Virus record (IMG/VR): IMGVR_UViG_3300012983_000039
Span: 1-64,000 of that record
Reading direction: 5' to 3' (one strand)
Length of the DNA: 64,000 nt
Source of the DNA: a virus
Lineage: Duplodnaviria; Caudoviricetes
Below the pieces are notes generated by a model that saw only the letters and a list, made by a program, of their open reading frames with translations, was not told the origin of the DNA and made no database searches. Below are positions 50,201-61,000 of the stretch, one piece after another. A program made the translations under genes and the position numbers. How positions within the stretch are numbered: position 1 is the stretch's first letter; each line of letters opens with the position of its first letter.

Positions 50201-52938
50201 TCATATTGTGTATTATAGTAGCCCATTTTCTTTAGATAACTCATATCATCACTATTTATACCATATAAATCAGCATTTACCTTGTCTTTATCTAATAATC
50301 CTTTTAAGATATAGTAGGAAAAATCAATTATATAATTATCTTTTGATGGGTTGTCCGCCGCAACCTTAATTGAACAAAGTCCATTTTCAGATAATTCACT
50401 GTCTACATCTTCCACATATAGTTTTGTTATAATTTGTTTACTATCTAAAGTTCTCTGAATGTTTTTAAGGTTCTTACCATATCTAAAGCCGAGTTTATTT
50501 TCTTTACCTTTTTCTGTTTGAAAATAAAGTGTTTTTGGCTTTTTTCCGCTATCAGCTTTAATTTTACCATTAGGATAATGTTCAATAAAAAAAGCTGGAA
50601 AAACTTCAAATACATTACTAATTTCTTGAATTAGATTAAAGCGATTTGATTTCTCGCCTTGTAAAGTCCTAATTTTTCTACAATGTTTTTGAGTTTCAAA
50701 ACGATAAGGGCAGTATCCATATTTTTGATAGATACATATTTTATCTGTGCCGCCATATGAACAATCTTTCTCAGCTTGGTCTTTATAGAATTTACATTTA
50801 TTTAAATCAAGGTAGTCTGTTAATATTTTATAGTCATCATCTGTATATTTTTCAGGGTCTAATCCATTTTTTTCATATTCGTTATTTAAATAAGATTTTA
50901 AACCAAAAGTATCTTGCGCCGCCCCATCATATTGAATTTGTTGTCTAAAGTATTTTGTATATGTGTAAGTCTCTCCTAATGTAATATCTGTTTCATCAAG
51001 AAATTCATTTATATTAGTTTCTTTATAATAAAAATTAGCACCTGCGGTCCAAGTATTTATATCAAAAAGAATATCTCTACCACTATATTTAAAGAAACCT
51101 TTAGAAAAATAATCTTTTCCTTTAGTGTAGCCTTCAAAGAACTGTGCGGAAGTTAAATTAAATATGGTTTCTTTTTCAGTTATTATGCCAAAATATGGAT
51201 TAGATATAGTTAATTGGGTTTTAATAAAGTAATATTTGTTGAGTTCTATTTCAATTTTAATTCTTTTATTTTTATCAATAAAATAATCTCCGTTTGAAGT
51301 ATATCCACCTTCGCCAATTACTATTTTAATATTCTTTAAATCTGTATCAATATATTCTCCATCTATATAAAGAACATATGTTTGTTCTTCTTTTATTTCT
51401 TTTTCTTGTCCTATTATTCCGAAATTTAAAAAAGTATGGTAATCTTCATTTTCTTCTTTAGTTTTATAGCTAGAATTAAATAAAAGTCCTTTTGTTGAGT
51501 TAGTATTTTCTTCTATTTTAACTTCAATTAAACTAGAAATATCCCCAATCTTATTGCTAATTTTCATAACTTCCCAACCTGTAGTTTCTGAAATATTAGT
51601 TCCGTTTTGAAGTAAGTTTCTAGCTAATTGAGGAGTTATAACCCTGCTTGTTTCATAAGAGCAAATACGAAATTTTTCGTCAGTATTTATCCAATCTTCC
51701 ATATTGATAAGGTCTTTATAATCTTGGTCTGATTTATTATAAACTTTTACATATCTATCTATATCTTCTGAAATATTTATTTCAGTTCTATCACTAATAG
51801 AAAAGTTTTTTCCATAGCTTGCCGGCACATCGTTTATTTTACTTAAATAATCTGTATAATAAACAATTTTATTTCCATCGTTCTTAACTATTTTTTTATT
51901 ATCTATATCATAACATAAATCTGTTTTAACAAGTTTATTCCAATCTTCAACAGTCATCACATAAGAAAAATTTTTGTTTAAAATCAATTCTTCTTCATCT
52001 ATTAAAACTTCTTCTCCTTTAGGAATTGCTATAAACTGAATTAAAGCTTTTGGATTATTTGTGTTAGGAGTTAAACAATAATAATTCTCATTCCACATTG
52101 CCGGCTCTTCTGTTGCGTTGGCGGCGCTACTACTTGATTTAACATAACATAAACTTAGATTATTATAAGGTACATAAATAAATCCATCTGTCTTGACTTC
52201 TTCTAAAATTTTATTTAAAGGTTCTCCATTATCAAAGTTTCCATTGTCCCAAAAATATTTTTCTTCTCTAGCTAAGTCATCTGAAATCTCCATAGGTCTT
52301 TCTTCTTTTGAATTTAAATTAATAATTTTATGAGAACTTTCTAATGTAAAATTAATTCTATACGCCTTTATTTCATGAAACTGACTAACTGGAATTTTAT
52401 AAAGTTTTTCTTTAGTATATTCAGTATAATCTCCCCAGTTATTCTGAGGAGAATAAGTCCACATACTGTCTTTTAAGACTTCGTTGACAAAAACACCAAT
52501 TTCTTCAACATTATTATATAATTCTGTATCGAAAGTAAGACCATAACCATTTCTGGAAAGCTCATCAATAAAAGCATCTTCACATTTATAAGTATAAATT
52601 ATTCCATGATGATTTTTTTGTTCTGTTATTTCTTTAACATAAAATTCAAACCATTTATCATTATAATTTAATTTAATTTTACTTTCATTAAAAATATAAT
52701 CGCAATATTCATTGTGAATATAATCGTTATCTATTTCACTAAAAAAGTTTGAATATAATTGGAAAGTCAAAGAATTAGTTCCATTCTTTTTTCGTATGAG
52801 CTGCGGCGCAATAGCTTTACCTTTATAGTCCATATCATGACCGCCAATTATATAGGTTTTAGTTTCTTTTTTATTTCTATTTAAATCTAATTCTTCTTTC
52901 CAAATACTTATTTCATATTTCTTTTTTATTAAAGCCAT
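47287..52938 (-). CDS. large tail/baseplate hub protein (Tal-like)
   Basis: 1883 aa downstream of Dit; GKNLKNI.R..D...IITKLYV and GINATYI.AG.L motifs. Confidence 0.7.
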   Translation of the reverse strand: MALIKKKYEISIWKEELDLNRNKKETKTYIIGGHDMDYKGKAIAPQLIRKKNGTNSLTFQLYSNFFSEIDNDYIHNEYCDYIFNESKIKLNYNDKWFEFYVKEITEQKNHHGIIYTYKCEDAFIDELSRNGYGLTFDTELYNNVEEIGVFVNEVLKDSMWTYSPQNNWGDYTEYTKEKLYKIPVSQFHEIKAYRINFTLESSHKIINLNSKEERPMEISDDLAREEKYFWDNGNFDNGEPLNKILEEVKTDGFIYVPYNNLSLCYVKSSSSAANATEEPAMWNENYYCLTPNTNNPKALIQFIAIPKGEEVLIDEEELILNKNFSYVMTVEDWNKLVKTDLCYDIDNKKIVKNDGNKIVYYTDYLSKINDVPASYGKNFSISDRTEINISEDIDRYVKVYNKSDQDYKDLINMEDWINTDEKFRICSYETSRVITPQLARNLLQNGTNISETTGWEVMKISNKIGDISSLIEVKIEENTNSTKGLLFNSSYKTKEENEDYHTFLNFGIIGQEKEIKEEQTYVLYIDGEYIDTDLKNIKIVIGEGGYTSNGDYFIDKNKRIKIEIELNKYYFIKTQLTISNPYFGIITEKETIFNLTSAQFFEGYTKGKDYFSKGFFKYSGRDILFDINTWTAGANFYYKETNINEFLDETDITLGETYTYTKYFRQQIQYDGAAQDTFGLKSYLNNEYEKNGLDPEKYTDDDYKILTDYLDLNKCKFYKDQAEKDCSYGGTDKICIYQKYGYCPYRFETQKHCRKIRTLQGEKSNRFNLIQEISNVFEVFPAFFIEHYPNGKIKADSGKKPKTLYFQTEKGKENKLGFRYGKNLKNIQRTLDSKQIITKLYVEDVDSELSENGLCSIKVAADNPSKDNYIIDFSYYILKGLLDKDKVNADLYGINSDDMSYLKKMGYYNTQYDILSNKIINLQKESLIELSANIEVNLTGIEVAQQELNRIKNLMLKFMPKENEEKSEVYSSYEIKFSEQKNILFGLIEKTFFTNGFYNSFLTGEPITTSGTAEDFLKELEGTTFSEYKKEFLDNYKYTNYGLMGLYSEQYKQIQKWTKEKVKYLNAINKLSLTFFKKYEPFLKEGTWVDSNYLNGNAYYHGALAAEKESSKPKASYNITITDLSILDDDYSMDLCDTSFIEDEDLLGINKINGLPNKIKVMVVEITEHLDVQNQTSIKVQNYKSDFEELFEKINATVQSITMNENTYKRSNNFTATKNITTNSLQNSLLDNQLILLETKEDNLKIDYNGQSGSDINNHNCKYKLNGQGLFFSNNGGQTWDTGVSPKGINATYINAGTLDTNKIQIIDGKYVYFLWDNSGITAYRSPQATDENKEQFGDFVKFNKYGLSLVEDKKLRLRAGYSYNAEAAAQGDFSKEQDITKENSIGFFLYDDKGQPIFKTETTNSRYAARLSLGGEMFVADKLQSKIYNPNKYQKPKVKTTQRSCYPLVSILGDNLLYLYKTEDNETLYEAIEKIILADNPQEELLNYSGINFYKTEEDYIEISNLKEFSEYYYLGDYYYLGITYQFIFKQTFLGENSYLEYLDKQYVYNTNNNKLYETGQGIRPIALSQTLEEKDFELLTDKDLNTINELSYFINVHLYNEKFKTLPVSTIHETLYVSAAGPSIIYYTEKIEGSEETLTTETENIGIFINNKKNKGTDKVNTERLFSCVKLENNQYMNLFSILDDGSLYIGGKVKELGDKEEDNTLSNFSDEISIEEDNNTITLNKNGITIGNLNIKEYVEDRIDEVIQTVSNLGLITHYHDIGGKKVENEVKGYSGRTVYQHSEKIEDGKISETKVKSFLREEGLIKTVLENGYIGLMSSKYENAGTSSATLYNEITWIPIQDFLDELNLRIAPNETTENAGSAAQTNISNITYYVEEDI

Positions 52939-52950
52939 TTGTTTACCTCC

Positions 52951-54996
52951 TTAATAGAATAAAGGATTGTATTCTATCTCTGCTTTATTTAAAATATCAG
53001 CATACCCATAATATAAAGGAGGAAAGTTAGCCCAGATATAATTACAAGCGTAAAACCACCATTCTTTAATTTCTCCTTTTATATTATCTTTTCCTTTTTG
53101 AGCATACCAATATAATTGAATTGTTTTTAGAAATTTATACTCTTTTTGAATAGAAAGTTCTCTTAATAAATCATGGGCAAATTTATTATCCTTATATTTT
53201 TCGAGTTCACTATCATTTCTAAAGTTAAGTTCTTCTTCATCAAATTGTTCTTTCCCTAAATAATCCTGTGCCGCCCTACGATAAACTTTATCAAAAAGCT
53301 CTTTTATTTCTTTGTCTTCTCCATATCCCCATTGAAAATCTCTAGCATCTAACCAAGTCTTGCCTCCCCAATCTTCATCATCACAAACTGGGATTATATC
53401 TATTAAAGACCAGCCAGTTGGAATTTTAAACCAATGCCCCTCTTCAATAGCCTCATTAAAGATATTTTTAGTTTTTTTAATAGGAAAAGTATTTTCGATT
53501 GTTTCATTATATAAAATTCTTTTTTCTGTATCTAAAAATAAAACATTTTCCTTATTGTCTTTTAAATTTATTTTCAAGTAATCGTCTGTATACCAAATAG
53601 GCAAACTATTTATATTAAAATTAATTTGAGGATATAATAGTTCAAAATTTTGTCTAAAAAACTCTGGAGGGTTATTAATATAATTATCTAAAAATTCTGA
53701 AAAATCTTTTTCTTCAAAAACTATATTAGATTTATAATTAGACAAAAGCATTATCAGAGTTGTCCAATATAATTCATAGATTTCTCTATTTGTAGAACAA
53801 TTATTGTAAAGTTCTTCATATCTGTTGGCTATATATTCTCCCTCTTCAATACAATAACTATTATCAATTAAAGAAGATTGGTAATAGAATAGACGAATGT
53901 AATCTCCTAGTTTTTCTCTAGGAATTGGTTCTGCTACGTAGGCAAAATCGGGATGTAAATCTTTTATTTCTTCATATTCTACTGTATTTATATCTTCTTC
54001 ATTTTCATTAATTTTTATTTTTTTAAAATACTTATTACCATACTTAAAATTCTTATTATCTTCTAAGTTTTGAGTTTTCATAAAAGTATAATCTACTGCC
54101 ATAGATATCGGAAGTTGCTGAACATTATAGCGCCGAATACAGAACTTAGAACCTCTTTGTTTTAAAGCATTATCTATTTTTAATTTAAAATCAATTGGAA
54201 TATCTCCCGGATTATAAACTAAAATTCTACTACCAATCATTCCATTTTCTTTTTCTACACCTATGTCCATATTTATATTATTAATTTTAGAATATTGAGG
54301 CATATATATTAAACCTTTTTTATTATCCAAAGTAGGAGAATACAGTAATCCACTACTTTCTGCCCATTCTGGAACATTATCAAAATAATTTCGAGTATCA
54401 GAAAGTTGTTTTTCTCCATTTAAATTAAAAAATAACTCTCCATCTTGGGCTTGTTTGAAAGATGGAAAACCGCCTTTCCAAACTTCACTATTATTATAAT
54501 TTACATTAAAGAATTTACGAACTCCATTTTCTTTATAATAGTCCGCCGCCTTAACTAAATATTTGTTAAAACAATAAGCATAGGGGAAATAACAAACAAA
54601 AGTTAAACTACCTTCTCCTTTATAAACTCTTTGTTTCAATTTTTCATCATAAAAACAAATCACTTTAAACTCTGGCTTGCTTTTTAATTTAGCTTTATAA
54701 ACTTTATAAGGCAGTTCATCAAAAATCAAGTCTTGTAATTTATCTGTAGAGAAAATCTGAGAAATTTTTCTCCAAATTTTTTCACTTACGCTATCAAAAG
54801 CTACTTCTATTTTAAAATCTCTAGGTTCAAAAGTTGAACCAAAATAAGCACTGCCATCACCGCCAGTTATAGAACTGGTATAATCTTTATGGGGCGGCAC
54901 AACTTGTTTTTCATATCTATCACTTACGCTTATTACTTTTAAGTGTAAATCTTCTGAACTTACATTTCCAAAGCGAAAAGATAAAAAATCTTCCAT
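52951..54996 (-). CDS. distal tail protein (Dit), evolved with insertions
   Basis: F.FG..SS..L.L, GGDG.YFG, LIFDE.PYK.Y, F.C..PYAY, YNPGD; follows tape measure. Confidence 0.75.
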   Translation of the reverse strand: MEDFLSFRFGNVSSEDLHLKVISVSDRYEKQVVPPHKDYTSSITGGDGSAYFGSTFEPRDFKIEVAFDSVSEKIWRKISQIFSTDKLQDLIFDELPYKVYKAKLKSKPEFKVICFYDEKLKQRVYKGEGSLTFVCYFPYAYCFNKYLVKAADYYKENGVRKFFNVNYNNSEVWKGGFPSFKQAQDGELFFNLNGEKQLSDTRNYFDNVPEWAESSGLLYSPTLDNKKGLIYMPQYSKINNINMDIGVEKENGMIGSRILVYNPGDIPIDFKLKIDNALKQRGSKFCIRRYNVQQLPISMAVDYTFMKTQNLEDNKNFKYGNKYFKKIKINENEEDINTVEYEEIKDLHPDFAYVAEPIPREKLGDYIRLFYYQSSLIDNSYCIEEGEYIANRYEELYNNCSTNREIYELYWTTLIMLLSNYKSNIVFEEKDFSEFLDNYINNPPEFFRQNFELLYPQINFNINSLPIWYTDDYLKINLKDNKENVLFLDTEKRILYNETIENTFPIKKTKNIFNEAIEEGHWFKIPTGWSLIDIIPVCDDEDWGGKTWLDARDFQWGYGEDKEIKELFDKVYRRAAQDYLGKEQFDEEELNFRNDSELEKYKDNKFAHDLLRELSIQKEYKFLKTIQLYWYAQKGKDNIKGEIKEWWFYACNYIWANFPPLYYGYADILNKAEIEYNPLFY

Positions 54997-55013
54997 ATTC
55001 TCACCTCATATAA

Positions 55014-55048
55014 AAAGAAGCATAGAGCTTTTTACTCTATGCTTTTCT
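55014..55048 (-). terminator. hairpin between tape measure and Dit
   Basis: AAGCATAGAG..CTCTATGCTT. Confidence 0.6.
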
Positions 55049-55052
55049 TAAA

Positions 55053-58000
55053 TTAATTTAAAATAATTGTTCGACCTATTGATTTAGATACATCAACAAT
55101 ATCTTTCTTAACTCTTTCTACCATATTGTCTATATCATAATCCGATGTTATTTTGTCTACATTTATGTGAATTTCTATAGATGTATCTCCAATATTTGTC
55201 GACATATTTCCTTTATCAAAGTTAGATTTAAATATAGGTAAATTAGACAACAACTTTGCCGCCGCACCTATACGAGCCGTATCCTCAGAATTAAGGAAAG
55301 CTTCTGGTTTATTAGGCGTTCCATCTACCCAAGCTGGTCCAGTATAATCAACTAGTCCACCATTTTTATAGGCAATAAATTTATCTTGTTTTACATCTAG
55401 TAAACGTAATGTATCCAAGCCCGGCTTAGCAATTTTAGCCTTTTTAAGTTTTTCAATTTCATCAAGAACTTGTTGATAAGTAGAATATTCTGATATACTA
55501 CCATCACTCCATATTATTCCGTGAGCAAATTTTGAACTATTACGCTCAGATACAGTTGAATTATCAACAGTTTCCTTTACATATCCGCCATAACTCTTAT
55601 TTTTACTTTTATAAGCCTCCAAAAAAGCTTGAGCAGCGTCTTTAGAACCAAAAGATTTTCCAATAGCTGATGGTTGAGAATTTGCTGTTTGAGCTATAAA
55701 CACTTTATAAGCTTGTGTAAGAGATTTTCCCGCAATGGTAGCATCAACTAAATCTTTAGAAATTCCATAAGTCTTAGTTAAATCATTGGGGCTATATCCC
55801 ATATCAAGCATTATCTTAATTGAGTTTTGCGCCGCCATAATAGTGCTTTCTTTAGCATATTCAACTAGCCTTTCTAAAGCAACGGCAGTAGCATCAGCGC
55901 TATTAACTCTTGACTTAGCCAATTCTTTTTCTTTTTCTTGCCAGTCTTTATAAGCTTCATCTACTTCTTTTTCGCCTTCTCTTAATGCTTCAAGTGCTTC
56001 ATCTCTACCTTCAAGGGCTTTTTCTATTAACTCATTAGCTTTTCTTTCGGCATCAGCTAAAATCTGTGTACCAGCGTTTTCAGCATTATTAACAAGTTCA
56101 TTATAGATTTGTTCAGTAGCATTTGCCAAGTCTTGTTGATTAAAGGTAAAATTAGTTTGTTGTAAGCCCATATAATTAATTAAGTCATTATATTGATTTT
56201 TCAAATCATCAATATATTTTTGACTTTGAGCAGAAGTCATATCCTGTGCGGCTGGGTCATTTTGTGTGTACCAATTCTTCATATCCTCAAAGGAAGTCCA
56301 AGAGGACATAATATTTTCTGCCCATTTAGCGAAATACTGAGTTTGTTCAGAAACTTCTTCCATATATTCAATTTCCGCATCTCTAGCTTCCTTTTGTTTT
56401 TCATAAAGTTCCTTTAATGAATCAATTATTGAGTCAACTTCTTCATCTAAGATTTCTGTGCGACTTTCTTCTACTTCTTTTTCTAAAGATTGGATATCTT
56501 TTCTTCTACTACCAGAAGTATCTCTTTGTAATAAAGCAAGTTTCTTTTCTTTTGTAGCAAGCTCTTCATAACTTTTTTCTCTATCTCTTAATTCTCTTTG
56601 TTTTTCAATTGCCGCCTCAAGAGCATCAAGATATCTATTATCTTCTTCTTCTAAAGCGTCATACTTATCTTTCGTAATATCAATTTCTTCTTCTGCTTTT
56701 TCTTTTAATATATCAATTAATCCATTTTGAACGGCAATAAAGTTATCAAGATTTTCTTTATAAAATTCTTCTCTTTCTTTTTCAATTTCTTTTATTTCTT
56801 TTAAATTCTCTTGTTTCTTTTTTCTATATTCTTCATATAATCCATATTCTGTTTCAAAAGCTTTTCTTATTTCATCATTTCTAGCCATTTCTTGATAAGC
56901 AAAGTTTATTGTAGCTAATCCATTTTCATCGAAAGAAATATAATTGCCATAGCTTTGTTCCAGAGTGTTTCTAATATTTAGTAAAGCTGAGTCTAAAACT
57001 TTGTTTTCTGCCGAGATATGTGCTGTTTTATTTTGATAAGAGGTATTAAGAGAACTAAATAATTGTTTAGAAGATGAAATAGTTTCAATTTCTTCTAACT
57101 GTTCTTTAGTTTGTTCCAACTGGTTGTTTAAGTTTTCTAAGCGAGCTGTATAGTTGATTAACCTATCTAAACCACTTGTGAAATCATCTGAACCATATTG
57201 AGCTTCGTGAAGTTCTTTTTCCGCTTCTTTTAATTTTTTGTTTAAATCTTCAAGTTCTTCTTTTGCTTTTTCGTATTTATCTTTTGCTTTATCAACATCA
57301 TCTACTATATCTTCTGTTGTATCTTTAATTTCCTCTAGTGCGGCGGCAATAGCATTAATATCAAGAAGTTCTTCTTTGCCTAAACTTTCTCTAGCAAATT
57401 CTGTGGCGGCAATAGTATTAGTAATTTGTAATTCTAATTCTTTTAGTTCAACTCTATATTGATTAAGTTCTTTGTTTTGTTCTTCATTTAACGATTTTTC
57501 GGCTTGTAAACGTTCAATGTTTTCTTTTAAAACTACTGTTCGAGCTTTATCATTTTTAAGACGCTCTTCATTCATTTTAATTTGTTCTCTAAAGGCTTCG
57601 CCGCCTACAGCCATTGAATCGAAATAAGCTTCAAGTATCTTTCCACTATCTAACTGTATACCGTCAATTCCATATTTTATTGCGTCTTCAAAACCTTTTT
57701 CTAATAAAAAGTTAATTGACTCAGAAGATATAAAGCCTTTTTCTATTTGTTCTTCGTAAGCTCCAATAATATCTTTCCAATTTTCACTGGCGTCTTTTCG
57801 TAATTCAGCTAAGTCTGTAGAAAGTTGTTTTATACCTACTGTAGAGGTAATAGCTAAATTACTTCCATAGCCGGCAACAGTATTAATAAAGTCTTTCCAA
57901 ATTTGTTCTGCTTGTTCTGTAGTATGACTAATTTCTTCCATCGAATCAATATACTGTTCTTTAAATTTCTTTAAAGACAATACATCTAAATTCTCAAGAT

Positions 58001-61000
58001 TAATTCCCAATAAGAAAGAACTTTCTTGGGCAGTTAAATTTTTATCTTGAATAAATCCTTCTAATGCTTTTCCATATTCTTCTCTTAAAGTTTCCGGCAT
58101 AGCATCAATAGCATTTTTAAAAATTGTTAATTGTTCTGTTGTCCAATTTTCAAAAAACTTTTTGCTATTTTCTTTAGAACGATTATCTTCAAAAGATATT
58201 GGACCATTCATATCTGGATAGAGATATTGATACAATCCATTTTTTCTTGTTCCATTTTCTTGTAAAACACCAAAGAATATAGTATCCCAATTCTTTACTT
58301 GTTCTTCTATATAAGTTTTGGCATTATCTTCGTTTTCTGTTCCGGCAAAAGTTTTGAGGAAAGTTTGTCCTATTTGTCCTTCTAAATCAGCTTTTGTATA
58401 AGTTGGTAATTTTTCCGCAAATTCAGTTATAGTTAAACGTTGGAGAGGATTAAGTGCTTCAATTAATTCTTGTCCTTCTTTTGATTTATAATATGCCTCA
58501 GCCGCAGATTTATAATCCGATTGGAGTTTTTCGATATCCTTTTTAGCTTTTCTCTTCTTTTCGTAAGTTTCAGCTTCGTAGCCGGCATATCCAAGAATTT
58601 CTCGTTGTTCTGTAGTTAAATCTGAATACGCTAAAAGATTATTGCCCCATCCATTTGTACTTATTTTTCCTAAATGTTTACCTTTAATCTCATTGTCTGC
58701 CGCCTCAGATATAACAAAATTAACTATTTCTTCTTGGGCATCTGTAAGACTTGTTAAAGCAGTAGCAAGCGCCGCCTTTTTTAAAGCTTCAAATTCTTTT
58801 GTTTCTATTTCCGTCTGTTTTTCATTTCTCTTAATTTCATCTTCTACGTATCCATTAGCTGCTCGCCAACCCTCGTGTCCGGGGTCATCAATTTTATAAA
58901 GGAGGTCAATCCAACCTTCTTTATTGAGATTTTCGAGATTGTCTACTCCAAAATAGCTGGCAATTTTTTCTACTTCTTCTTTATTAATTTTTTGTAAAGC
59001 AAAACCTAAAGTCCACGCATCATTTTCCAACATCATTCTTATTTCTGGAATAGAAGAGTCAGATGTAAAGTCTAAATTATTTAGTTTTTTAATATCTTTA
59101 TTCCTATTTTCTTTTTCTAATTTAGCTACTTCAATTTCTTTATCATATATTGTAGAAGTAGTAATAAAACTTTCTAAAGCTTTTTCTTTAGCCAACTGTT
59201 TAGAAGATTTAAGAATTTGTTCCCACAAATCAGTTTGAATTTGAAGTTCTCCAGTCATTTCATTATAATAATTAACGATTTCTGGATACTCGTCTTTTAT
59301 TTCTTTAATTAAATCATTATATCTTTCTTGTTCTTCAGAACTTAAAACTTGTTTACTATTTAACTCATTAAATTCTTTCTTAAGTTCTTCTGCCTTTTCT
59401 ATAGCTTCTTTTTCTGTTTTAATTAAATTCTCAAGCTCATTTTTCTTTGAAGTTAGTTCTTCAATTTCTTTATTAAGTTGATTAATTTGACGATTAAGTT
59501 TGCCTATTTGCATCTCCTTAATCGCATTAGATGCGGCTTTGATACCAGCAGCTAAAGCACCGATGGCTAAGCTAATTCCCATAGCTACGCCGCCAGCCTT
59601 TAAGCTTGAGAATAAAGCTGTCAACTTACTAGATGAAGCATCTAATACTGTTTTGAAAGTATTAACAATTTGTGGAACGCTAGAGACCAATCCAGTTATG
59701 ATTGTATCTTTTAATACTTCCCCCGGATTATTTCTCAATACATAAGAAGTAATAGCACTAGTTAACCCCATAGAGAAAGAAGTTCCAACAGCAACACCCA
59801 TGGCTGAATAGTTGGCTTTCTTAACAAGATCTTTTGAAAGGTCTTTTGATTGTAATTTAAGGGCTTCTTCATAACTTTCTGGAGTATAGCCTCTTTTTGC
59901 TAAAAATCTAGCCAAATGATTATTTACATAATCAGAAGATTTGTTTAAAGATTGAAGTTTTTGTGAAAGAGCTGTATATTCAATAGAAACTTTTCTTATA
60001 TCGGCAATAGGTCTTGTGATATCAATTGCCATAGTCATTGGTGTTCCTATTAAATTACGAGCCTCTATTATCTTATTATTTACTGCTTGAATTTGTGCTT
60101 CTATTTCTTGTGTTGATAAATTTAAATTAGTATTAATACCTAAAAATGAACCAAGTTTAGTTTGAGAAACTTTTTTCATTATAATATTGCGTAAAGTTGT
60201 AAAAGCTCCTAATACTGTTGAAGAGGCATCTCTCATTCCTTTTGCGAACTGTGTAATCGCAGTTCTTCCTAAAGTAAACCACATTACCGCAAAGCCAGTA
60301 AAATTAAGTCCACTTAAATCACCGAGTTTATTTACAAGATTATCCAAGAAAACAAGAACATCTTTGTAAACTTCACTATTGAGAAAGCTTGTTCTTAATT
60401 GTTCCCAACTATTTTTTAACTGGTTTAATCTAAATTCAACAGTATCTTGATATTTTACGAATTGTTGTTCTGCCTTTCCTGAAGCTTCGCTCGCAACTTC
60501 AATTAATTCAGTTGTTCTTTCGTAGTTATCCATTAAGGCAAGAAATCTACTTTGCTCGTTTATCCAAATAAGTTTCCCTATTTGACAGACTATATCTTCA
60601 CTAAAAAGTGTCTGGCACTTCGAGAATTTAACTTCTCTACAATTAGTCGTTGAACCTTATACTTAATCTTCAATATTTTTCCAATAAAAGCCGCAACTAC
60701 AATAACCTTTTTTTATTGCCGCTTGAATAGACTGTGGCTTTACTCCCATATGTCTCGCCGCATCAGCATTATTTTCAAATATTTGAATTAGATTTCCTTC
60801 TTTATCATAACAAGCAGTTCTTTTAAATTTAAAAGTTTTAGTTTCATAAATAGCTTTTAAAACATTTTCTTGGTTTGTAATATTTTCTAAATTACTAAGT
60901 CTATTATCAAGTTTATTACCATTAATATGATTAATAATTTTTTGTTCAGTTCCAACCCAAGTTTCCCAAACTAATTTATGTCCTCTCAAACTATGGCTTT

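Noticed and set aside
3514-60369. Short overlapping or antisense ORFs (e.g. 3514, 9242, 11442, 14136, 16411, 18549, 28500, 29005, 34618, 38328, 43116, 44765, 56193-60369)
   Set aside because: Shadows of real genes or introns, with no RBS or recognisable motifs
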